Assembly: GCA_963696385.1 (NCBI GenBank)
Contig: CAVOKF010000005.1
Coordinates: forward strand, 512,001-576,000
Length of the DNA: 64,000 nt
Direction: 5' to 3'
DNA from: an uncultured delta proteobacterium
GTDB lineage: Bacteria; Myxococcota_A; Polyangia; Polyangiales; Polyangiaceae
The notes beneath the pieces were generated by a model. It ran no database searches. It had not been told where the DNA came from and saw only the letters and a list, made by a program, of their open reading frames with translations. The position numbers and the translations under genes were made by a program. Positions 19,776 to 29,847 of this stretch are shown piece after piece. Each line of letters opens with the position of its first letter. Position 1 is the stretch's first letter.

Positions 19776-19816
19776 ACAGTACACCGATTGGTCGGGATAT
19801 CAAGTGGCCTTACCAT
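19776..19816 (-). promoter_or_regulatory. Sigma70-like promoter with FadR-type operator upstream of larA-kinase-uxaE
   Basis: Minus TTGATA(19803-19798)-N16-TACTGT; TGGCCTTACCA 19805-19815; 27/30 identical to 14955-14984. Confidence 0.7.
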
Positions 19817-20023
19817 TGGCGAAGTCGCGCGGGAGGTTCGGATCGGCGCGGATCGGTCAGGCCTCTGGACCAGCACACGTCGCAAGCTACCACGAACCCG
19901 ATCGAGCTCTTGTCGACTGCGGCGAAAACACGAGCGGAAACAAGGGTATAAGCATCGATCCACACCGCTTTGCCAAGGGGCGCGGATCGGCGGTCGGCCA
20001 TGGCGACCGGTCGGCGATTGCTC

Positions 20024-21890
<1,867 letters not shown>

Positions 21891-21904
<14 letters not shown>

Positions 21905-22808
21905 AGTAGCTTTGCAGCGTAACGTTCTCGAGGACGCCGATCGCGTCGTCCGTGAGAACGGCCGCGGAGCAGTAGAGCGAGAGCAGGTAGGCCGCCGCGC
22001 CCCGTTGGTTGATGCCCATCAGCCGCACCGAGAGGCTCGGGCTGACTTCTCCGGGGATGCCTGGTTGGAACAGCCCGACCACGCCTCGCTTCTTTTCCCC
22101 CGTGCGCAATAAGAGAATGTTGGTGCGTCCGTTTCCGTCGATGCCGAGCTTGTCGGTCGGCACGAGTGGGATTCCGCGCCACGTCACGAACGGCGATCCG
22201 AAAAGGGTCACCGTGGGCGGCGGAACGCCTCGGCGGGTGCACTCACGTCCGAAGGCGGCGATCGCGCGCGGATGCGCGAGAAAGAACGCGGGCTCCTTCC
22301 AAATCTTGGCGATGAGCTCGTCCAGGTCATCGGGGGTCGGCGCGCCGGCTCGCGTCGAGATGCGCATGCTCGGCGCGACACTCGGCAGAAGGCCGTACGT
22401 GGCATTGTTGATGAGTTCGCTTTCCTGCCGCTCCTTCACCATCTCGACGAGAACGCCCAGCTGCTCGCGAACCTGGTCCATCGGGCTTCGATAGAGGTCC
22501 GAGATGCGCGTCTGAACCTCGATCGTCGTGGTCACCGTGCTCAGCGTGTATTCGCGCGGATGTTCCTCGTAATCGACGAACGCGACAGGCAGGTCGTCCG
22601 CGTCGCTCGGGCTGCACTCGATCCCGATCGCCGCCTCCTTGTCCTTCACCTTGTTGACCCGGTACGTCCCTGCTTCTACCGGAACCCAGGGCAAAAGAGC
22701 GACCAGCCACCGCGGGGTCGTGCCCAACCATTGCGGCGGTGTCTTGGTGGTGTTCGCCAGCTGGCGTGCCGCGGGCGCGCCGAGCGTGGGATGCGATCCT
22801 TGCGTCAT
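21891..22808 (-). CDS. Family 2A encapsulin shell protein (SrpI/major membrane protein I type)
   Basis: AARQLANTTKT, PRWL..LLPWVPVEAG.YR.N, FVDYEEHPREY, ELINN..YGLL, PTPDDLDEL, FGRECTRRGVPP, WRGIPL; 305 aa with no cNMP insert. Confidence 0.93.
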
Positions 22809-22960
22809 GAATGAGCTCCTGGGGGTGAGCCCGTCTTCCGGGCCGCGCGAACCTAAGGCACGCGGCCAATGTCCCGCAAGGTAGGGGAGCGTGACTGCCG
22901 CGCTTTCCTCCGCTCACAAATCCGGACTTATCCGTTCTCGCGGATCGCGCCGGGATCTCT

Positions 22961-22984
22961 TGACGGACGGGAATCAGTCCGTCA
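22961..22984. repeat. Perfect 8-bp inverted repeat TGACGGAC-N8-GTCCGTCA at the rhodanese stop (hairpin or protein site)
   Basis: Read directly; no U-tract. Confidence 0.5.
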
Positions 22985-23311
22985 CGAGACTGCGCTCAGT
23001 TCGTCGTGGACGAGCGGCAGGCCCGCCTTGACCCAAGCGCGCGTACCGCCGCTCAAGTTGAAGACGCGCGTAAGTCCATGCGCTTCGGCGACCCCGCATG
23101 CCGTTTGGCTGCGGATGCCGGCGGCGCACACGAACAGAATGCCGTCGCCCGGCAGTGCGCTCTTCGGATTCGCTCTGAATTGGGCGAGCGGCACCAGCCG
23201 GGAGGCCGGCAGATGCCCGCCGAGCCACTCGTGCGGTTCGCGGACGTCGATCACGTGGAGCTCTCCGCGTGCGACCAGTTCGTAGGCGGCTTGGGGGGTT
23301 AACTGAATCAC
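22982..23311 (-). CDS. Single-domain rhodanese (sulfurtransferase)
   Basis: VIDVREPHEW..GHLP; active loop CAAGIRS; NLSGGT.AW..AGLP. Confidence 0.92.
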   Translation of the reverse strand: MIQLTPQAAYELVARGELHVIDVREPHEWLGGHLPASRLVPLAQFRANPKSALPGDGILFVCAAGIRSQTACGVAEAHGLTRVFNLSGGTRAWVKAGLPLVHDELSAVS

Positions 23312-24015
23312 GTGTCTACTATAATGGACTTCGGACGGCGCGGCAACCCCTTTGGGGGGGCTTTGGCCCGAAGACGCAGTCCGGCATCCCCGTAGGTCAT
23401 CACCAGGTACATGCGCAGCGGCTCGGACCCCTCGTTGCGGTACTCGTGCGGGACGTCGGCGTCGAAGAGAATCGCATCGCCACGGCCGAGCTCGTGGCGC
23501 TTGCCTGCGACGACCATGGCGAGCGTCCCATCGGCCACGACCAAGTGCTCCTTCGTTCCGGGCGCATGCGGGTCCGCCCGTTCGACCGATTCGGGCGCAA
23601 GCGCAAGCTCGTAGAACTCGACGACCGGTGCGGTGTCGAACGGAAAGAGTGCGCGCGACTTGAACGACCCGTCCTGCGACGTGAGAACCTTCGCCTTGCC
23701 GGCCCTCAACACGGTCGACTGGGCATCGCTGGGATCGCTGATCAAGGCGGAGAAGGGCACGGCCAGAGCGCGTGCGATCTTCCAGAGGACGTTGATGGTC
23801 GGCGTACTGCGCCCGAGCTCCACCTGCCCGAGCATCGCCCGACTCACGCCGGACGCGCGCCCGAGCCGCTCGAGCGAAAGCCCGCGTTTGGTACGAAGGC
23901 GGCGCAGGTTCTCGCCGACGACGCGTGTCACTCCGACCGAGGCCTCGGGCGTCGCGCCGGCCGGGTAGTCCGTTCGGAGGTTCAAGGCCGGCCGAGTGTT
24001 CGCTAAATAGGACAT
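23308..24015 (-). CDS. XRE-HTH plus cupin transcriptional regulator (SutR/PuuR-like); true start probably downstream of 24015
   Basis: NLRRLR..RGLSLE.L...SGVSRAMLGQVE.G.S.PTI..LWKIA; H.PGT.EH, DVPHEYRN. Confidence 0.9.
   Translation of the reverse strand: MSYLANTRPALNLRTDYPAGATPEASVGVTRVVGENLRRLRTKRGLSLERLGRASGVSRAMLGQVELGRSTPTINVLWKIARALAVPFSALISDPSDAQSTVLRAGKAKVLTSQDGSFKSRALFPFDTAPVVEFYELALAPESVERADPHAPGTKEHLVVADGTLAMVVAGKRHELGRGDAILFDADVPHEYRNEGSEPLRMYLVMTYGDAGLRLRAKAPPKGLPRRPKSIIVDT
23314..23346 (-). promoter_or_regulatory. Internal sigma70 promoter (probably leaderless) for rhodanese, overlapped by a palindromic operator
   Basis: Minus TTGCCG(23346-23341)-N17-TATAGT(23323-23318), 6 nt before GTG 23311; near-palindrome GTCTACTATAATGGAC 23314-23329. 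Confidence 0.6.
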
Positions 24016-24023
24016 AACGTCAA
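23997..24023 (-). promoter_or_regulatory. Putative autoregulatory operator/promoter of the XRE gene
   Basis: TGTTCGCTAAATAGGACA (23997-24014) resembles the 23314 site; TTGACG on minus strand at 24023-24018. Confidence 0.45.
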
Positions 24024-24317
24024 GCCGCGGTCAGGGCCACGGAACAAACCAAAACCGAGCCCCTCGGCGGCGTTGGTGCGAGGCTTGCGCGGGCATTCGG
24101 TCTAGAATGCTGGACGTGGGGGCCGGGCCCTGCGACGAGCCGGCGACGGCTCTTTCTCGGGCCTCACCCCGCCCAAACACGAGTTCGATCTCGACGGGAT
24201 CGTCCGCACGCCATTCACTTCAGCCTGCGGCCCGGTGCAAGCGCGAAACCGTCGTCCCAGGGGCCATCCTGCAGGGATGGCGTGACCGCAGAGCGTGAGT
24301 GCGTTAAGGCCACCGGC

Positions 24318-25316
24318 ATGATGGCGTGCGTGCGAGCAATCGCGGTGGCGTCGGGCCTTGTGCTGCTCGCGGCGACAGCGTCCGGCTGCAAGGGATGCGC
24401 TCGTCGTCCGGGCGCCAGCGCTTCGCACGGCGGCGATCGCGCTCCGGAAGCGGGCGAGCCCGACCTCACGGCGGCGAGAAGCGAGCGGCTCGTCGCCCTC
24501 GAGGCGCCGCCCTGGACCGCGCCGAAGGACGCATGGGCTCTTCCGAGTGGTGCGAAATGGCGAATGGTCAAGCCGGGCAGCGGCGATGCCCTTGACGGTG
24601 CCTCTGCGGTTCGGGCCGAGCTGACGATCTGGAAGACCGACGGCACGCTCGCGTTTAGTTCGTACAACGGTCCCGTGGCTTTGCCATTGTTGTTGTCGGT
24701 TCTTCCCGGCGATCTGCGCGTCGCCTTCATGCAAGTCCGGGTGGGCGGCATCGCCCAATTCTGGCTTCCCCGTGACCTGATCGTGGCGGCGGCCAAGGCG
24801 GGCAGAAAGCCACGCATCGTGCCCGAAGAAGACGTGGTCATGCAGTACGAGCCGGTCTCGTTCGCACGACCGAGCCCGGCCGCCGCCGACCTGTCGTCAG
24901 GTCCTCGAGCGGCGGATGCGAGCGCAGGCGCCGAGACCACGTCGTCGGAGACCTTTCCGCCCCCGGATGCGGCGGGGCCACCCAAGGAGGCCCTGGCCGC
25001 GGGCGTCGGCGTCCGTTACGTCGTGCTCCGAGCCGGATCCGGGACGAGCGAGGCCGCACCGAACGCGCGCGTCGAGATGTCGATGACGCTGTGGCAGATC
25101 AAGGGTCTGCTGGTCGACGGGCCCGTAAAGAAGAACGAACCCGTCGCGACGACGCCGGAGCGCGCTCCCGGCGGCCTCTCCCAGTTCGTGCGGACGTTGC
25201 ACGAGGGCGACGTCGTACGCGTCTGGCTCTCGCCGGATTGGGCAAGCCAGGTCTTTCCGGAGCTCGGCGGATTCGAGGTCGTGTGCGATATCGCCGTCCG
25301 TTCGGTCGGTCGGTAA
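24318..25316 (+). CDS. Lipoprotein with two degenerate FKBP-like domains
   Basis: Lipobox-like ASGC; two AP.DA...SG.....L..GSG units followed by FKBP-like strands (IWKTDG..., MQVRVGG...FWLP; LHEGDVVRVWL). Confidence 0.6.
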   Translation: MMACVRAIAVASGLVLLAATASGCKGCARRPGASASHGGDRAPEAGEPDLTAARSERLVALEAPPWTAPKDAWALPSGAKWRMVKPGSGDALDGASAVRAELTIWKTDGTLAFSSYNGPVALPLLLSVLPGDLRVAFMQVRVGGIAQFWLPRDLIVAAAKAGRKPRIVPEEDVVMQYEPVSFARPSPAAADLSSGPRAADASAGAETTSSETFPPPDAAGPPKEALAAGVGVRYVVLRAGSGTSEAAPNARVEMSMTLWQIKGLLVDGPVKKNEPVATTPERAPGGLSQFVRTLHEGDVVRVWLSPDWASQVFPELGGFEVVCDIAVRSVGR

Positions 25317-25378
25317 CGGGCGAATCGTCGGACCTTGCAGCGACGGTTTCGGGGTACTCGACGGCGCTGCACTAGGTA

Positions 25379-27517
25379 CTAGGGGCCGTTCGGGCAATCC
25401 GACGGCGAGTCGCATGACACGATCGAAGGAATCAGCCCCTCCGGATGCGCGGAACGGATCCACCTGTCGATCGGCCAGGTCGACGTCCGCCCGGTGACGG
25501 GTGAGAAAATCTGCGCATCTCCTTCGCCCGTGGGGCGGACCAGGACGCCGAACGTCCCGTCCGCCCACGCGAAGACCGTGGCCACGCGCGGCAGCGCGTG
25601 GGCCGATAACGGCACGATCCGGCTGGGGAGTCGACTCGATACGGCGGTGCGGAGGGCATCGAGGGACGTGGGCCGATCCGGGACTTCCACCCCGGTGCCC
25701 TCTGCCCCAAAGTACGACAGGTAGTATCCGAGCGCGCCGAGCGCGGTGTTGCGCTCGCCGGTACGGAAGCGGGCGAAGGGGTCGGAGGTTCCCGTCACGA
25801 AGCGCGGCGCGAAGATCGCGCCGATGGCACCGGCCGCCTGCGCCGGCTGGCCCCGTACCATCTCCACGAGAGCCGGCGACACCCCGCACAAAGATGCGGC
25901 CAACGTCAGCATCGCGATCTGGCCGGCGCAAGCAAAGGCGAGGCTCGGGACGCTTCGCCGAGCCGGTTCGGATCCGCGGTTGTCCACGCGCTGGCCCCGG
26001 GTGGCGACGACGCTCACCGCCCAGGTGATCGCGCACAGCCAGGGCACAACCGCCGCCGCGCCAAGAAAGGGCGTCCGATCGACGAAGAGCGGAGCTTCGA
26101 AGCGTCCGGCGGCAGGCTCGCGAAACGGTGTCGCGTCCCGCAGCGCTCCCCAACGGTCGATGAGCGCGGACGGCCCCGCATTGCTCGCCCATACGATCGC
26201 GCGTCCCACCTCGATCGCGCGGAGCTGGGCCATCGCCAGGTGCTCGAACACGATCACCGAACTGCCGAAGGTCGAGTCGCTCGTGCTGACCGTCAAGAGC
26301 GCGGCGCCCGCATTCACGAGGGCCCGGCATGGCCGTGCGAGCACCGACTCCTGGCATACGACACTGCCGATCGAGGTGCCGGGCAAAACCGGAAGCGGTG
26401 TGTACTGCCCGCCCGCCGCGAGATGGCGCTCGCCGTACGGCGCAAGATCCACTTTGCGGTGCGTTCCGACCCACCGCCCGTCGGGGGCGAAGCCACCGAC
26501 GGCGTTGGATTTCCAGCCATTCGCTTCGACCATGTACGACGTGAAGACGATCGCCTGATGATGAGCGGCCGCATACGATTGCCAGGCGTGTCGCACGGTC
26601 GGGATCTGCAGATCGAAGCGCCCGTCGAACGTCTCGGTCAAAACGAGCAATTCGACGTCGCGCAGGCGCCCGAGCAGTCCATGGATGCGCGCGGCGAAAG
26701 CGTCGCCGACGGCGGGATTCGTCATCCGGGACTCGTAGTAGGAGCCGTCGGCATCGATTTGCGGCACGCCGACTCGAATCGTGCTCGCCGCCGGTCGAGC
26801 GACGGCACGCGCGACGGCGGCCAATGCCGCGACGGTGGCCAGCGAGGCGACCAGCGGACCGGCGATTCGCGCCGCCCAGGCGCGTCCCGATGCCCCCGGC
26901 AGCCGCTCGACCGGCCGTGCCGCCACGACGATCCCGGCGGTGAGCACCCCTTCGATCACATCGGCCCCGACGAGCCGTGCCCCACCGAGCAACCCCGGTG
27001 CGAACGCAACCAGGCTCGTCGTCGCGCACTTGAGAGGATAGCCAAGGCCGTCGGCGGCCTCCATGAAGACCGCCCAACCGGCCGCGGTGGCGACGAAGAG
27101 CGGGATGGCCTGCATCCGACGGCTCGCCCAATGCGACCAGAGGGCAAGCGGCAGGGCGTAGAGACCGCAGCCGAGGGCCGTCAGCCCGATGGGAACGGCC
27201 ACACCCCAGGTCATGGCCCCCAGAGACACAATCCCGAAGACGCCCAGGCTCCAGAATACCGCGTACGTCAGCGTCCGCCCGAGCGATCTCCGGCCCGCCA
27301 CGGCACACAAAACCGCGACCGAGACGAAGAACGCGGGTGCGAAGTCCAATCCCGGCCGGCCGAGGCCCCCGATCGCACCTACGATGGCGGCGGCCCCGAA
27401 CCCGGTCCGAGCCCGATCGCGCGCCACGCCGGGCGACGGTGCCGGCCGTTCGATCGGCACCGCGCTCGCCCGCCCCTTGTCCGATCCCCGCGCGGCGCCC
27501 ACCGATCGATCGGTCAC
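25379..27517 (-). CDS. Apolipoprotein N-acyltransferase (Lnt)-like nitrilase-fold membrane protein with extra C-terminal C39-peptidase-like domain
   Basis: Several TM helices; triad motifs LVLTE, HRKVDLAPYGE, VVCQE; EHLAMAQLRAIE..R....SNAG; GTGA overlap with upstream stop at 27514-27517. Confidence 0.8.
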   Translation of the reverse strand: MTDRSVGAARGSDKGRASAVPIERPAPSPGVARDRARTGFGAAAIVGAIGGLGRPGLDFAPAFFVSVAVLCAVAGRRSLGRTLTYAVFWSLGVFGIVSLGAMTWGVAVPIGLTALGCGLYALPLALWSHWASRRMQAIPLFVATAAGWAVFMEAADGLGYPLKCATTSLVAFAPGLLGGARLVGADVIEGVLTAGIVVAARPVERLPGASGRAWAARIAGPLVASLATVAALAAVARAVARPAASTIRVGVPQIDADGSYYESRMTNPAVGDAFAARIHGLLGRLRDVELLVLTETFDGRFDLQIPTVRHAWQSYAAAHHQAIVFTSYMVEANGWKSNAVGGFAPDGRWVGTHRKVDLAPYGERHLAAGGQYTPLPVLPGTSIGSVVCQESVLARPCRALVNAGAALLTVSTSDSTFGSSVIVFEHLAMAQLRAIEVGRAIVWASNAGPSALIDRWGALRDATPFREPAAGRFEAPLFVDRTPFLGAAAVVPWLCAITWAVSVVATRGQRVDNRGSEPARRSVPSLAFACAGQIAMLTLAASLCGVSPALVEMVRGQPAQAAGAIGAIFAPRFVTGTSDPFARFRTGERNTALGALGYYLSYFGAEGTGVEVPDRPTSLDALRTAVSSRLPSRIVPLSAHALPRVATVFAWADGTFGVLVRPTGEGDAQIFSPVTGRTSTWPIDRWIRSAHPEGLIPSIVSCDSPSDCPNGP

Positions 27518-28326
27518 CGGTTGCAGCAGCAGAGCGTGCCGGCGAAGTCTGGACCGCAACCTCCGAAATTCAGATCCGGCGACGCCGTCAAGTAACCGCA
27601 GTCGTGCACCTGGCACGTGTCGCCGCTGTGATCGGTGACCGCTGCGCTGCCGGGCGACTCGACGCACACGTGAATCGGCCGCCCCCCACAGACCCCGGAA
27701 TCCGACCCTCCCAACGGACCGACGGCGCATTCGGTCGACACGCCCGACAGAAATACGAGGTCGTCGTCCACCCAATAGTTTCCACTCGAAGCACGCAAGG
27801 GGTCGGGCGCGAGGGGGGCGGCATCGGCTCCGGCGGTGACGGCAGCGTCTGCGCCTGCGGGAATCTGTCGGTAATCGATCCACTCCTGTGCGGTGCAGAC
27901 CCGACACCCGAGTCCGCAGAGCGTGGCGCGGTTCACCCACAACGTTCCTCCGGTGGCCGCGTCGGGACGGAGAACATCCAGGCAGCCGACGATCTGCGTC
28001 GTAAACGGGAAGTCCTGCTCGCCGCCGCTCACCGCGGCGCATGGGGGTCCGTCGGGCGCGGCGTCCGGCCCCGGCTGCACCGCGACGTCCATGGGCGGAG
28101 CGGTCTCCGCCGCATCCAGGGTGATCGAGGCCTCCGCCGTATCGGCGACGTTGACGTCCGGTGTGGCCTGGTCGACGGACGCGTCCACTCCGCCGGAGGA
28201 CGAACTGTCTTCGTCGGCGGAGCTATACGTCCGCGTGGGGTAACTGCACGAGGCACTATCGAGCAGCGCGCCGGCCATCGCGCATGTCATGACGCTCACG
28301 AGCAGTGCCTGGTTGCGAGCCGTCAT
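27514..28326 (-). CDS. Cys-rich myxobacterial lipoprotein-like protein
   Basis: Signal-like N-terminus (ASCSY); DA-rich linker; Cys-rich domain ending GTLCCCNR. Confidence 0.7.
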   Translation of the reverse strand: MTARNQALLVSVMTCAMAGALLDSASCSYPTRTYSSADEDSSSSGGVDASVDQATPDVNVADTAEASITLDAAETAPPMDVAVQPGPDAAPDGPPCAAVSGGEQDFPFTTQIVGCLDVLRPDAATGGTLWVNRATLCGLGCRVCTAQEWIDYRQIPAGADAAVTAGADAAPLAPDPLRASSGNYWVDDDLVFLSGVSTECAVGPLGGSDSGVCGGRPIHVCVESPGSAAVTDHSGDTCQVHDCGYLTASPDLNFGGCGPDFAGTLCCCNR

Positions 28327-28600
28327 ATCCAATAGGTCTCTCGGTCGGAACGGGCGCGATGCTACTGATCGCGTTGCGGGACTTCAAGGTGCCGGCGGGA
28401 CGGCCCTCCGGGGGGGCGCGCACCCGACTCGGATCGGACCTCCGACGCCGTTGGGGTGCCGTCACCCGGGGCGCGCGCACCCGCAAAGCTTGCCGCGCCA
28501 AGGTGCGTGGAGGGGCGCGTACCGGCGCGAGCGGACGGGTGGGGCGCCCGCTCGCATTTTTCGGCATGGGCGCCCCGTCCCCCTTGCTAGGCTCGCGTGA

Positions 28601-29791
28601 ATGGCCCGTCGTGCGTCTCCGAGGCGAAGCGCAGCCGTATTCACCGCCGCGTGGATGGCATGCGCGGCGATGTCGCTGCCCGCCGTCGGGCAAACCGATG
28701 TCGATCGCGCGGGAGCCCGCGCCGCGGCATCCGAGGGGCTCAAGGCGTTCGACGCCGGTCGTTGGGCCGAGGCTCTGGACCTATTCACGCGCGCCGAATC
28801 GCTCGTCCACGCCCCGCCGCATCTGCTCTACATCGCCCGGGCCCATCAGCAGCTGGGCCACCTCGTCGAGGCGCACGAGGTGTACATGCGCATCAAGAAC
28901 GAGAACATTTCGCCGGACAAGCCGCAGGCCTTCCAGGATGCTCACGCGAACGCCGTCGCGGAGCTTGCCGTGCTCGAGCCCACGATTCCGAACGTCAAGA
29001 TCGTGGTGGGGGGCGCGCCTCAAGGCTCGGTCTCCGTGTTGGTCGACGGATCCCCGATGAATGCGGCGTTGATCGGAATCCCTCACCCGATCGACCCAGG
29101 GCCGCATACGTTTCAGGCGACCGCCCAAGGCCTCGGGAGCAGTCCGGTGTCCGTGACGGTGCAGAAGGCGGGCAACGTCACCGTGACTCTCGACCTCAAG
29201 CCGACCGGCGACACCCGACCGGCAGCGGTTCCGCCTGCAGCGCCTGTCAGCGCGGTCCCGGTACCCCTTCCTGCGACCGCACCGCCCGCGTCTTCGACCC
29301 CAGCGCCGGCGTCCGTGCCCCCCGCCCCCGTGTCTCCCGCCGCCGCCCTGTCTCCGGCGCCGCCCTCCGAGAGCCACGCCTTCGAGCCCGGCCCCGAGCC
29401 CGCGCGCGACGAGACCCATCGAACCAACTCGTTGCGGACGGCGGCGGTTCCGGCCTTCGGTGTCGCCGCCGTGGGCGTCGGGCTGGGCGTTGCGTTTTTC
29501 ATCGTGAGCCGTTCGAAAGAATCGGACGCGAGCTCCCTGTGCACGTTGCCGGCAGGGGTCTGTCCCATGGACAAGCAGAGCCAGGTCGTTTCGCTCGACA
29601 ACAGCGCGAAGGGGGCTCGCTCGATTTCGGTCGCGAGTTTCGTCGTGGGCGGCACCGCGCTGGTCTCGGGCATCGTGCTCCTCGCGGCCGGTGGCAGCGC
29701 TTCCAGTGGAGCCGAGCACACCCGGGGGGGGCAGCCGACCGTCAGTCCCTGGGTTGGATGGGGATCGGCCGGCCTCCAAGGGGTGTTTTGA
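28601..29791 (+). CDS. Secreted TPR-like plus PEGA-like protein with Pro-rich linker and hydrophobic C-terminal segments (myxobacterial type)
   Basis: Signal peptide; G..AFDAGRWAEAL..F..AE..VHAP..LL.IAR; V.VDG...P.DPG.H; C-terminal VSPWVG.....LQGVF. Confidence 0.75.
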   Translation: MARRASPRRSAAVFTAAWMACAAMSLPAVGQTDVDRAGARAAASEGLKAFDAGRWAEALDLFTRAESLVHAPPHLLYIARAHQQLGHLVEAHEVYMRIKNENISPDKPQAFQDAHANAVAELAVLEPTIPNVKIVVGGAPQGSVSVLVDGSPMNAALIGIPHPIDPGPHTFQATAQGLGSSPVSVTVQKAGNVTVTLDLKPTGDTRPAAVPPAAPVSAVPVPLPATAPPASSTPAPASVPPAPVSPAAALSPAPPSESHAFEPGPEPARDETHRTNSLRTAAVPAFGVAAVGVGLGVAFFIVSRSKESDASSLCTLPAGVCPMDKQSQVVSLDNSAKGARSISVASFVVGGTALVSGIVLLAAGGSASSGAEHTRGGQPTVSPWVGWGSAGLQGVF

Positions 29792-29847
29792 AGCGCGCGC
29801 CCATTCGGTCGGCTCGCTCCGACCGGTGAGCGGTTCACGGATCACGC

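Noticed and set aside
24897..27308. 803-aa alternative-frame ORF and similar Arg/Gly-rich ORFs across the window
   Set aside because: They overlap genes with recognisable motifs and have the composition of off-frame GC-rich sequence.
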